In this document: positions 9,167-18,209 of the stretch, piece by piece
Layout: each line of letters begins with the position of its first letter
How positions within the stretch are numbered: the stretch's first letter is position 1
Notes under the pieces: generated by a model
The model's database searches: none
What the model saw: only the letters and a program-made list of their open reading frames with translations
What the model was told of the DNA's origin: nothing
Translations under genes and position numbers: made by a program
Origin: Candidatus Nanohaloarchaea archaeon
Lineage (GTDB): Archaea > Nanohalarchaeota > Nanosalinia > Nanosalinales > Nanosalinaceae
Direction of reading: 5' to 3'
Assembly: GCA_042218325.1 (NCBI GenBank)
Contig: JBDGRE010000001.1
Coordinates: forward strand, 36,356-100,355
Length of the DNA stretch: 64,000 nt

Positions 9167-10021
9167 ATGCAGGAGAAACAGGTAGTCGAAGAGATCGTCC
9201 AGGCGGTCGCCTCGGCCGCACCCCACATATCCTCGGGCCTGATGCACCGCCGGGAGTACGTCGGCGAGCAGAACCCCTCGCAGGAAAAACAGATGGAGGC
9301 GGACGTCTGGGCCAACGAGATACTGAAAGAAGAGCTGACATCCATCGAGGGCGTCGGGCAGTTCGCCTCGGAGGAAGAGGAAACGATCACGGAGTGCGGC
9401 GAAGGCCTTTCTGTTACGGTCGACCCGCTCGACGGCTCCTCCAACATCCCGACCAACAACCTCGTCGGGACCATAGTCGGCATCTACGACGCCGAGCTTC
9501 CCGCGAAGGGTGAGGACCTTGTCGCGGCGTTCTACGTGGTCTACGGCCCGTTGACGACCATGATGTTCTCGGACGGCGACCAGGTGAACGAGTACGTCAT
9601 TGAGGAGAAGCAGGACGACAGCGTCGAGATGGTGCTGGCCTCGGAGGACGTAGAGATCGACCGCGCCAAAGTCTACGGCTTCGGCGGCAACAGGAACTGG
9701 ACAGAAGAGTTCCGCGAATTCGAGTCGGAGATACAGCAGGAACACAAGCTCCGGTACGGCGGCGCTTTCGTGGGCGACATCAACCAGGTTATGCACCACG
9801 GCGGCATCTTCGCGTACCCGGAGCGCACGGATGCGCCGAACGGGAAGCTAAGACTGCTTTTCGAGGCGAATCCAGTCGCATACATCGTTGAAAACGCTGG
9901 AGGAGCGTCAAGCGACGGCGATGAATCTATACTCGAGGTAGAGCCCGGGGAAATCCACCAGCGCGTCCCGCTGCACGTCGGCCACCCTGATATGGTGGAA
10001 AAGCTGGAGAAATCGGTCTGA
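9167..10021 (+). CDS. fbp: Fructose-1,6-bisphosphatase class I
   Basis: ASEEE, VDPLDGSSN, LRYGGAFVGD, GKLRLLFEANP, HQRVP. Confidence 0.95.
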   Translation: MQEKQVVEEIVQAVASAAPHISSGLMHRREYVGEQNPSQEKQMEADVWANEILKEELTSIEGVGQFASEEEETITECGEGLSVTVDPLDGSSNIPTNNLVGTIVGIYDAELPAKGEDLVAAFYVVYGPLTTMMFSDGDQVNEYVIEEKQDDSVEMVLASEDVEIDRAKVYGFGGNRNWTEEFREFESEIQQEHKLRYGGAFVGDINQVMHHGGIFAYPERTDAPNGKLRLLFEANPVAYIVENAGGASSDGDESILEVEPGEIHQRVPLHVGHPDMVEKLEKSV

Positions 10022-10072
10022 ACCGGCCGCAAGCAGCCCAAAAGATTTAAAACCTTTCTCAAAATTGTAGAT

Positions 10073-10444
10073 ATGGCCAAGGCCGGAGATAGCGCTGGCG
10101 ACAGAGGATCAAGAGGTGTTGAAGGCCTCCAGAATTTCTACGACAGTTTTGAGGGGCTTGTAACCGATTTAAAGGATGGTTACGACTCTACGTTCTACCT
10201 CACCGATCCTTCACAGGATATACCGGATGAAGGAGACGTACTCGTGCTCCTCGGCGATGAACTATGGGGTAAGGACGACGAACTTTCCCGGGTGACGGAG
10301 ATGCTGGAAGAGACCGGCCAGGACTTCGTTATCCCGCGTTCCAAGTACGGCAGCCCGCTACCAGGGGTCACGACAGTTTCAAGGGACCGGTTCGAAAGCG
10401 CGTGGGCAGGCGCCTACGGCAAGGCCCTTTACTTCCGGCAGTGA
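10073..10444 (+). CDS. Hypothetical acidic protein
   Basis: 123-aa ORF with a TTTAAAA box about 25 nt upstream; no recognisable motif. Confidence 0.6.
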   Translation: MAKAGDSAGDRGSRGVEGLQNFYDSFEGLVTDLKDGYDSTFYLTDPSQDIPDEGDVLVLLGDELWGKDDELSRVTEMLEETGQDFVIPRSKYGSPLPGVTTVSRDRFESAWAGAYGKALYFRQ

Positions 10445-10464
10445 CCGGCTTCCCGGTTCCGCGA

Positions 10465-12786
10465 CTACTCGAAGTAGTCCAAGACGTTCTCGCGGTCGAA
10501 GATGTTCTCCTGGCCGACCTGCTTCTTCAGCTTCTCGGCGGTGCGCTTACCGATCAGCTTCTTCAATTTTTCAAACGAGGTCTCCCGGATATCCTCCCGC
10601 GACCTGACACCGTGGTCGTACAGCTTCCTCGCCCTGACGCGTCCTATCTGGTCGTACTTCACGAGCGCCAGCAGCTCCTCCTCGATACCGTGCTTCAGCC
10701 GTAGCCGGACGCGTTCCAGCTCCTTCTCCACGTCTCCCTTAACGCCCTCCATCCGCGCGAGCTCCTTCGCGGCGTAAAGCAGCCAGTCCGCGTTCTGCAT
10801 CTTTGCCCGTATTCCCCCGGGCGCGATACCGTACTTCTCCATGAGCCGCTCCTCGTCGAGCTCCGACATCCAGCCCTGCATCATCATCGACGTCTTCATG
10901 CACTCCAGGAAGTGGTCGTACCTGGGCTCCCACTCCTCCGGCACCTCTTCCAGGATGTACTCCTCCGCGTCCACCAGCTCCTGCGCGATATCGGAGTACT
11001 CGTCGTCCTTCACCCGGAGCCTCGGGGTCATCTCCGAGGTGCGCGCAAGCATGAAAAGAAACGTGATGGGCCGCGTATCCCTGTCACCCGATTTTTCCAG
11101 GGTCTCGAGGATGTGGTGCGCGGAGTCCGGGTCGATGTACAGCTCGGATACACGCTTCCCGACTTCGGTCGCCTTCATATCATCGCTCTCCAGAAAGCCG
11201 TACTCCCGCAGCTGCTCCACCACTTCCTCGACCGTTCTTTCGACCTCTTCGAGGCCGTCGACCGAGGAGAACTGGTGGGCGTAGAACGTCTTCTTGTAGA
11301 ACTCCTTGAGATCGGGCATCGAGGTGCAGAACCTTGACGCGACGAGCGACAGGGTATGCATCCGGAGGACCGGCTCCGCGTTCAGCTTCGACTGTATCCG
11401 CTCCGGCTCCCCGGCGATGTACCGCTCCAGTATCTCATCCTTGTCACCGGACTTCGCGATGCTAATCGCCTCGCCGCGGTCGTCGTACCTCGGCCTTCCG
11501 GCCCGGCCGGTCATCTGCTCGTACTCGAGCACCGGGATGTACTCCATGCCGCGGCCGGTGTACCGCTTCAGGTCGCGGATGATGACCCTGAACGCGGGTA
11601 GGTTGACGCCTGCGGCCAGTGTCGGGGTGGCGGAGACGGTCCTGACAAGTCCGTCCCGGAAGGCCTCCTCCACCAGGGACCGTTGCTCGGGCAGCAGCCC
11701 GGCGTGGTGGAACGCCGCACCTTTCCTGATGTTCTCGGCCAGTCGCTCGCACTGCGACGTCGGCGAGCCGAGCACCGACTCGATGCGGTCCGCGTAGTCC
11801 TCCAGCTCCTTCCTCTCCTCGCGCGACAGGTCTTCGCCGGTCGGTCCCGTGGCCCTGTCCGATGATTTCTCCGAGCCCTTCCGCGAGGAGCAGAATATGA
11901 TGCACTGCTTTTCCAGTTGCAGCGTGTCCTCGATCAGGTTCAGAGTTCCCCTGCCGTGCCTGTCGTCGACGAAGTAGGTGTGCGACTCTATCTCGTCCTT
12001 TTCCTCGTCTTTTACCTCGTTGCCTGTGGAGAACGGGCTGTCCTCTTCGGGCTCCAGGTCGCTGCCCTCCACTCCTGCCCCTATGTCTTCCTTCTCGACG
12101 TCCTCGGGGTAGAACTCGACCTCGTTGCCATGGTAGATACCATGTTTCAGCTCTACCGGCCGATAATCGCTCTCCACCAGCTCCGCGTCCAGCCAGTCCG
12201 CGAGCTCGTAGGAGTTGGAGATGGTCGCTGAAAGGCCGAGCATCTGGAACGCCGGGGAATCCGTGGAGCTCCCCGTGCCGATGATGTCCCGCAGTCTCGA
12301 TATGGTGACCTCCAGCGTGGGTCCCCGTTCCGGGCTCGTCAGGAGGTGTATCTCGTCGACCACGACCAGGCCTATCTCGTGTATCCACGACGGGTTGTGC
12401 CGGAGCATCGAGTCCAGTTTCTCGGAGGTCGCCACGATGATATCCGCGGTCTCCAGCCCGGTACCGGAGTCGTCGTAGTCGCCCACGGACATCCTCACAT
12501 CGAGGTCGCTGTACCGCTCGGAGAAATCCTGGTACTTCTCTGACGCGAGCGCTTTCAGCGGCACGATATAGACCGCCTTCTTATCGTTTTTCTTCACCTG
12601 GTTGACCATCGCCAGCTCCGCGATGAAGGTCTTCCCCGAGGCGGTCGGCGACGCGACCACCATGTCCTCGCCGTCCATAAGACCCGCGTCAACTGCGTCG
12701 CGCTGCGGAGGGTTCAGGTCCGTGATACCCTCCTCGATGAAGTCCTGCTTGATGCCGTCAGGTATCTCCAGATTTTCTACTTTCAC
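10465..12786 (-). CDS. hel308: Hel308 (Ski2-like) ATP-dependent DNA helicase
   Basis: PTASGKT, DEIH, LSAT, FHHAGL, TPTLAAGVNLPA, QMTGRAGRP and the C-terminal IGRVRARKL HhH motif. Confidence 0.93.
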   Translation of the reverse strand: MKVENLEIPDGIKQDFIEEGITDLNPPQRDAVDAGLMDGEDMVVASPTASGKTFIAELAMVNQVKKNDKKAVYIVPLKALASEKYQDFSERYSDLDVRMSVGDYDDSGTGLETADIIVATSEKLDSMLRHNPSWIHEIGLVVVDEIHLLTSPERGPTLEVTISRLRDIIGTGSSTDSPAFQMLGLSATISNSYELADWLDAELVESDYRPVELKHGIYHGNEVEFYPEDVEKEDIGAGVEGSDLEPEEDSPFSTGNEVKDEEKDEIESHTYFVDDRHGRGTLNLIEDTLQLEKQCIIFCSSRKGSEKSSDRATGPTGEDLSREERKELEDYADRIESVLGSPTSQCERLAENIRKGAAFHHAGLLPEQRSLVEEAFRDGLVRTVSATPTLAAGVNLPAFRVIIRDLKRYTGRGMEYIPVLEYEQMTGRAGRPRYDDRGEAISIAKSGDKDEILERYIAGEPERIQSKLNAEPVLRMHTLSLVASRFCTSMPDLKEFYKKTFYAHQFSSVDGLEEVERTVEEVVEQLREYGFLESDDMKATEVGKRVSELYIDPDSAHHILETLEKSGDRDTRPITFLFMLARTSEMTPRLRVKDDEYSDIAQELVDAEEYILEEVPEEWEPRYDHFLECMKTSMMMQGWMSELDEERLMEKYGIAPGGIRAKMQNADWLLYAAKELARMEGVKGDVEKELERVRLRLKHGIEEELLALVKYDQIGRVRARKLYDHGVRSREDIRETSFEKLKKLIGKRTAEKLKKQVGQENIFDRENVLDYFE

Positions 12787-12866
12787 GTATTTCCAGCCGC
12801 GTCTAATCCTTATCAGCTAACCGGTCGCCGCAGGCTTTAACCGCGCGTGCACTTAGAAATTAGTAC

Positions 12867-13229
12867 ATGAATCTTGAGAGGATTTTCGACTACAGGCAAG
12901 AGGCGGCACTCTACGGCCTCGCGACCGTTTTCCTGCTCGCAGGAGTATCGAAGTTTTTCACTCCATCGCTCTGGACAGGCTACGAACCCGGCTTCGTGAC
13001 CGGGCTGCTTCCGCTTACCGCGAAACAGTTCACGTACGCCGCGGGACACCTTGAGGGCCTGATAGGGCTGCTGCTTTTCTTCGACTACCGCACCCGCAAG
13101 GTCGCCTCGATAGCCACGCTCTGGCTGCTGGCGATAACCATATCCGTAGCTACGATGCAGCTCTGGACCATCGCCCTACGCGACCTCGGACTGGTAGCGC
13201 TGGCTTACACAGTGGCGGCAGGAGATTGA
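12867..13229 (+). CDS. DoxX-like membrane protein
   Basis: Four hydrophobic segments; GVSKFFTP, LEGLIGLLL, RDLGL. Confidence 0.7.
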   Translation: MNLERIFDYRQEAALYGLATVFLLAGVSKFFTPSLWTGYEPGFVTGLLPLTAKQFTYAAGHLEGLIGLLLFFDYRTRKVASIATLWLLAITISVATMQLWTIALRDLGLVALAYTVAAGD

Positions 13230-13266
13230 TCACCGGTACCTTTCCAGCCCCGCTTCCGCAAGGTAG

Positions 13267-13344
13267 AAGGAGACAAGGAACGGCAGGAGCTCGGGTATCT
13301 TCGAGGGCCTGTTCGACTTCCTGGCGAGCGTCCTCCCCTTCTGA
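13267..13344 (+). pseudogene. Start-less remnant encoding an amphipathic C-terminus (KETRNGRSSGIFEGLFDFLASVLPF*)
   Basis: Reads as a protein C-terminus with typical codon usage, but is bounded upstream by an in-frame TAG (13264-13266) with no start codon. Confidence 0.35.
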
Positions 13345-13355
13345 ATGCCGGGCCG

Positions 13356-13377
13356 GTGAAGGAACTATAAAGGGAGA
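13356..13377 (+). promoter_or_regulatory. BRE/TATA promoter of surface protein 1 (near-identical copy at 18171-18191)
   Basis: GTGAAGGAACTATAAAGGGAGA with TATA about 25 nt before ATG 13395. Confidence 0.6.
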
Positions 13378-13394
13378 GCTCAAGCTTGTATTGT

Positions 13395-16300
13395 ATGCCG
13401 GCTTGCAGGAAATCCTACGTCGTTCTTGCCGTGATGCTCCTTTTCAGCTTCGTGGCGGCAGGCCAGCTTTTCAGCTCGGAAGAGAGTGTGACTGTAGACG
13501 ACGGGAAGCAGGCGACACGGAACGCGTCCCACCTCCCCGAAATCGCGTTCCTCGGCAGCAACCTGGAGCTCCAGAACTCGAACGGTAATCCTGGACACGT
13601 CCTGAACCTGACCAATGTCTCGGGCGTCGCAAATTCTTCGGGCGAACACCTGTCGACCAGCAACGTGAGCCGGTTGAAAGGTGAGGGCAGGTATATAGTC
13701 AGGAATGAGACAGATACGCTGGAGAACTACACCGTGGACCTGGTCTCGGACAGCTCGGATATCATCGGCCGCATCAAGTCAGGTGAAGACCTTACCACGA
13801 CAGACCTCGAGCTGAGGTACTGGCTGAACAATTCACGGATTAATACCTCAGGAAGCCTTATCGATACTAAAGGCCCGGCGAAATGGCAGGCGGGCGAGTA
13901 CATCTACAGGGTAAACACCACCAGCACCGGGAAGCTCTGGATCGGGGTCAACTCCAGCAAGGGCGGTGACTTCTACGCCGCCTCCGCGGGGAAGAAGGAG
14001 CCGAGGATAACAGATTTCCCCGTGATACAGCTCAGCGGAAATGTCTCCGGCAGGATAGTGAATGAGACGGGTTCAGGGGTCGCCGACGTAAAGGTCAGGA
14101 TAACGGGGATGACCAGCTCACCCCTCATGGTGAAGAGGCTGCCGTACGTCCAGAGGCCGCCTATCAGAACCGATATGACCGACAGCAAGGGCCACTTCAA
14201 CTTTACCGGGCTGCAGTCCGGCCTCGGCTACAGCGTCGAGGTCACCAACTCCACTTACAGGAGGACGAACTCCACGCCGTTCGGGGCAGATGTCTCGCTC
14301 TCCCCCGATGCCGCGGTTGACGCCGGTGAGTTCGAAGTTTCCTCGGCGCTCGGCGGTATCAACGCCACGGTCGACGCGCCGCCTGCTGACGGTGTCAGGT
14401 ACGGTATGATCGCCGGCAACAGGGAGACCGGCAAGGGCTACATGGAGCCCGTCAGCGCGGCCAAAGGGACGCAGGACGTCTTCTTTGGAAACATCCCGAA
14501 CGGCAGCTACACGGTCTTGATGTTCAGGATCGACACGCGGGGAGGACTGTTGTCGACCAGCTTCGACAGTATCACGCGCTCCAACGTGACGGTTGAGAAG
14601 GATAAAAATACCACGCTCAGCTTCGCCTTCGAGGAGAAAGTGCTTTTCACGGGTAAAGTTACCAACTCGTCCAACGACCCGGTAACCGGCGTCAGGGTCT
14701 CGGCCGAGAACAGGGCGGAGGCCCAGTATGTGTCCGACTCCACGAATGCGACCGGGCATTACACCTTGAGAGTCGTCAACAACACCGACTACACGCTTGA
14801 GGTGACTCCTCCGTTCGACTCCGACCTCACTGGCAGCTCGACCACGGTTCACGTCGACGCGGCCAAGACCGGCCACGACTTCGTCCTTTCGAACGGTGTT
14901 GTACTGAACGGCACTGTGGAGGACCAGGGCGGCAACCCGGTTGAAGACGCCTTCATAACCGTTTACAACGAGACGAAGGATATCCACAAGTTCGCGAGCG
15001 CAGACAACGGCAGCTTCAGGGTCGAAGGTCTTGAGAGCGGTGTGGGCTACAGCGTCGACATAGACGCCTACAGCGGCGGCGAGAACCATACGACGATAGA
15101 CGCGGTATCAGGGCCTTTCAAGACCAGGAACTTCACTGTAACAGTCCAGAAAGCGACCCTCTCCGGGAAAGTTACCGATACCAACAACAACGGCAAGGGA
15201 GCGAAAGTAGTCGTCGAGAAGGACGATGGCTCACGTGTCACGGATATCACGGACAGCAACGGCGACTACCAGTTCACGGGCCTGAGACAGGGACAGTTCC
15301 TTGAGATAACAGTGAAGCCGAACAGCTCCTCCTACAGGGAGAAAAACGATTACACATATCTCACCGGCGACGAATCGATAAACTTCGAGCTCTCGGTGCC
15401 GGCATACCTCGAGGGCAAAGTCACAGACAGTAAAGGGGATGCGCTGGGCGGTGTCTACGTCTACGCCTACAACTACTCAATGGGGAGCTACGGATGGGTG
15501 GAGACCTCCAGCGACGGAAGCTACAACATCACAGGCCTCAGCCCCGGCCCTCATGATGTCAGGTACTACAGGGACGGCTACCGGAGGGAAAGAAAAAAGG
15601 TGACGGTCACGAAGAAAGACTATCAGGTCTCGCTCAGCGACGGGCAGTCGATGTCCGGTATGGTGCTGGCAAACGGCCAGGACAAGGACCTCGACGGCTA
15701 CATCTCCTTCTGGAACTCCGAGAAGGGCAGCTACGCCTACAGCGAAGTTAACAGCGGCGACTACAGCGTCAGCGGCCTGAAGGACGTCAACCACACGGTC
15801 TGGGTATCCATCGACGGCGACAGCTACGCGCCGAAGCAGCTTACTATCAACAAGCCATCCGACCTCGGAAACAGCAGGAACTTCTCGATCAACACCAACC
15901 AAGGCAAGAAGCTGAAGGTCACGGTCAGGAACAGCAGCGGCATGGTGGTCCCGGCCGCGAGGGTCTCGACCGACTACAGCGAGAAAGAGACAGGCTCGAA
16001 CGGCGTGGCGAAGTTCCCGAAGCAGCCGATAGGAGAGCTGACCGTATCGGCGAACAAGGAAGGATACCGTGGAGCAGTCGACGAGATTAACATCAGCGGC
16101 CCGACATCCAGACTTACCGGGGGCGGTCTGGATAAAGTAAGGGAGAAGAACCTTACCATAAGCAGGATAAACGAGAAGAAGCTGGTGGTCAACGTCACCA
16201 AGAGCACCCGGTCGGGCAAGGCGGTATCGGGAGCGACGGTGTTCTTCGTGTCGAATGAGACCGGTGTCTCGAAGAGCGGTAGCGCCGTGACGGACAGCAA

Positions 16301-16469
16301 CGGCAAGGCGACCGTCGAGCACCTGGCGATGGGGAGCTTCTCGGTCAGCCTCGGCCTCTCTGAGGATAAAGTGTACTCGAACACCACTACCATCGACAGC
16401 GGCGAGACACAGTTCCTCTCGTTCAACGGCAGCAACTACCACCTCGGCTACGAGGTGAAGCCGCAGTGA
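13395..16469 (+). CDS. Large secreted glycoprotein with tandem carboxypeptidase-regulatory-like beta-sandwich repeats
   Basis: Signal peptide, repeated units of about 80-90 aa (G.V.D..G..V.GV.V ... TDS.G.Y...GL..G.Y.V), many N-x-S/T sequons, and no C-terminal TM. Confidence 0.8.
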   Translation: MPACRKSYVVLAVMLLFSFVAAGQLFSSEESVTVDDGKQATRNASHLPEIAFLGSNLELQNSNGNPGHVLNLTNVSGVANSSGEHLSTSNVSRLKGEGRYIVRNETDTLENYTVDLVSDSSDIIGRIKSGEDLTTTDLELRYWLNNSRINTSGSLIDTKGPAKWQAGEYIYRVNTTSTGKLWIGVNSSKGGDFYAASAGKKEPRITDFPVIQLSGNVSGRIVNETGSGVADVKVRITGMTSSPLMVKRLPYVQRPPIRTDMTDSKGHFNFTGLQSGLGYSVEVTNSTYRRTNSTPFGADVSLSPDAAVDAGEFEVSSALGGINATVDAPPADGVRYGMIAGNRETGKGYMEPVSAAKGTQDVFFGNIPNGSYTVLMFRIDTRGGLLSTSFDSITRSNVTVEKDKNTTLSFAFEEKVLFTGKVTNSSNDPVTGVRVSAENRAEAQYVSDSTNATGHYTLRVVNNTDYTLEVTPPFDSDLTGSSTTVHVDAAKTGHDFVLSNGVVLNGTVEDQGGNPVEDAFITVYNETKDIHKFASADNGSFRVEGLESGVGYSVDIDAYSGGENHTTIDAVSGPFKTRNFTVTVQKATLSGKVTDTNNNGKGAKVVVEKDDGSRVTDITDSNGDYQFTGLRQGQFLEITVKPNSSSYREKNDYTYLTGDESINFELSVPAYLEGKVTDSKGDALGGVYVYAYNYSMGSYGWVETSSDGSYNITGLSPGPHDVRYYRDGYRRERKKVTVTKKDYQVSLSDGQSMSGMVLANGQDKDLDGYISFWNSEKGSYAYSEVNSGDYSVSGLKDVNHTVWVSIDGDSYAPKQLTINKPSDLGNSRNFSINTNQGKKLKVTVRNSSGMVVPAARVSTDYSEKETGSNGVAKFPKQPIGELTVSANKEGYRGAVDEINISGPTSRLTGGGLDKVREKNLTISRINEKKLVVNVTKSTRSGKAVSGATVFFVSNETGVSKSGSAVTDSNGKATVEHLAMGSFSVSLGLSEDKVYSNTTTIDSGETQFLSFNGSNYHLGYEVKPQ

Positions 16470-18154
16470 GGAAGCTCTCGTCCGTGATAGCTGTCGCGCT
16501 GCTTGTGGCGCCCGCCATGGCAGTCGAGGCCAGCATCCAGCCGTCCAGCCCCTCGGCGATAGTTTTCAACGGCTCGAACAACTACCAAGTCAGCAAGACG
16601 TTCGACGGCTCCGCGTCGACCGGAGATATAACGGACTATACATGGCATCTGCTGAAATCCGACCAGTCCGACACCGGTCCGAGCGCGACCTTCGACTTCA
16701 CCAGGCAGGACTCGCAGACCCGTACCGTCCGCCTCATGGTTTCGAACGGCAGCGCCAGCGACATGGCCGAGGTGACACAGGTGCTGCACGACAGGCCAAA
16801 CATAACGGTTTCGTGGCCGGATGACGATCTCTACTTCGGCGGTAACAGTAACGACGATGGCAACGATGATAACTCGATAATGCTCGACTTCAGCGTTGAG
16901 GCGACCGACAGGTTCGACGGCTCTCTCAGCTACAGCTGGGAGGTCGAGGGAACGGAGGAAGACACTGGCAGTTCGTTCAGCTACAGTTTCCAGGAGTCGG
17001 ACGACAAAGAACAGGATGTCAACTTCGGGACGGACTACACGGTCACGGTTAACGTGACGGACGGGAGCGGCTACTTCAGGTCTGACAGTGACACGATAAC
17101 GGTGTACAACAAGTCAGAGGGCAGCGGCTCGTCCAACACCCAGACGCAGCAGACGCAGAAGACACAGACCACAGGCCTAAACACCCAGTCGAGCAGCGTC
17201 TACGATTACCAGAGGAGCGTTGTCGGGACCGCGGACGAGCCGGCGGAAGTATCGCTGCCGACCCCGCTCAACCAGATCAGGATCGAGTCGAACGGGGTCA
17301 TAGCCGGCGACCTTAACGTGGATACGCCGGAAGACAACCCTGCGCCCGAGCAGCCTCCCGGGAAGGCTTACAGGTACTACGGTATAGAGCCGAATATCAC
17401 AGGCGAGCAGATAACCTCCGTGACTTTCAGCTTCATGGTGGAGAAGGACTGGATATCAGACAACGACATCAAGAGGAGCACGGTCGCGCTGCAGCGTTAC
17501 AACGGCGAATGGGAGACGCTGGACACCTCGGAAACCAGTGAGAACTCCTCGCACGTCATGTACGAGGCGACCTCTTCAGGGTTCTCCAGCTTCGTGATAA
17601 CAGGCGAGCAGGAAGGTTCGTCGAAGATAACTGTGCAGCAGGTGCAGATCGCCTCTGGGAACATTTCTGCGGGCGAACAGTTCACCGTAGAGGTACAGGT
17701 GGAGAACACCGGCAGCAAGAGAGGCCCCGGAACAGTCAAGCTTTCTGTCGGTAACCAGACGCTCAGCCGGGACGTATCCCTCAACGCTGGCGAAGGCACG
17801 AAGCTCGAGTTCACTTCCTCGCTGCCTGAGGGAACGTACACTGTTACAGCAGGCAGCAAATCCGCACAGGTCGAGGTAGCAAGTTCTGGTGGGCAACAGG
17901 ACCAGAAGAGCTCCGGTGTGCCCGTGTTCTGGATAGCCGGATTGGTGCTGCTGGTATCCGCCGGGGCCGCGGGGGCGATAGTCTACACGGGGAGGGAAGA
18001 AAAAGTTCTTTCATACATCGAAGACATCGAGAGAAGAGTTTCGGGACTGGCAGGAGGAACAGGGTTCTCCTTCGACTCGTTCGGCGGCGAGGAAGACCTT
18101 GACGCCGACTGGGACGACGACGGCTTCGACTACTCCTTCAACGACAGGCGATGA
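16466..18154 (+). CDS. Surface protein: PKD-like + PGF-pre-PGF + CARDB domains, C-terminal TM and acidic tail
   Basis: Signal peptide; FDGSAS..ITDYTW (PKD); FMVEKDWI...LQRYNGEW..L.T...ATSSGFSSFVIT (PGF-pre-PGF); V.VENTG (CARDB); TM VFWIAGLVLLVSAGAAGAIVY. Confidence 0.85.
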   Translation: MRKLSSVIAVALLVAPAMAVEASIQPSSPSAIVFNGSNNYQVSKTFDGSASTGDITDYTWHLLKSDQSDTGPSATFDFTRQDSQTRTVRLMVSNGSASDMAEVTQVLHDRPNITVSWPDDDLYFGGNSNDDGNDDNSIMLDFSVEATDRFDGSLSYSWEVEGTEEDTGSSFSYSFQESDDKEQDVNFGTDYTVTVNVTDGSGYFRSDSDTITVYNKSEGSGSSNTQTQQTQKTQTTGLNTQSSSVYDYQRSVVGTADEPAEVSLPTPLNQIRIESNGVIAGDLNVDTPEDNPAPEQPPGKAYRYYGIEPNITGEQITSVTFSFMVEKDWISDNDIKRSTVALQRYNGEWETLDTSETSENSSHVMYEATSSGFSSFVITGEQEGSSKITVQQVQIASGNISAGEQFTVEVQVENTGSKRGPGTVKLSVGNQTLSRDVSLNAGEGTKLEFTSSLPEGTYTVTAGSKSAQVEVASSGGQQDQKSSGVPVFWIAGLVLLVSAGAAGAIVYTGREEKVLSYIEDIERRVSGLAGGTGFSFDSFGGEEDLDADWDDDGFDYSFNDRR

Positions 18155-18170
18155 CCTGTTCTGCAGGGCT

Positions 18171-18191
18171 GTGAACAACTATAAAGGAAGA
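18171..18191 (+). promoter_or_regulatory. BRE/TATA promoter of surface protein 3
   Basis: GTGAACAACTATAAAGGAAGA with TATA about 25 nt before ATG 18210; matches 13356-13377. Confidence 0.6.
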
Positions 18192-18209
18192 CGCCGAAGT
18201 ATCCTCCGT

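Noticed and set aside
8336-9799. 487-aa antisense ORF, and similar long ORFs at 52922-54457, 33296-34513, 20556-21896, 14118-15089 and 15477-16442
   Set aside because: They lie opposite well-supported genes and have no motifs. They are shadow frames produced by high GC and acidic codon bias.
11980-12110. Possible intein in the Hel308 insertion
   Set aside because: It is only about 40 aa of acidic low-complexity sequence with no C/S...HN splice motifs.
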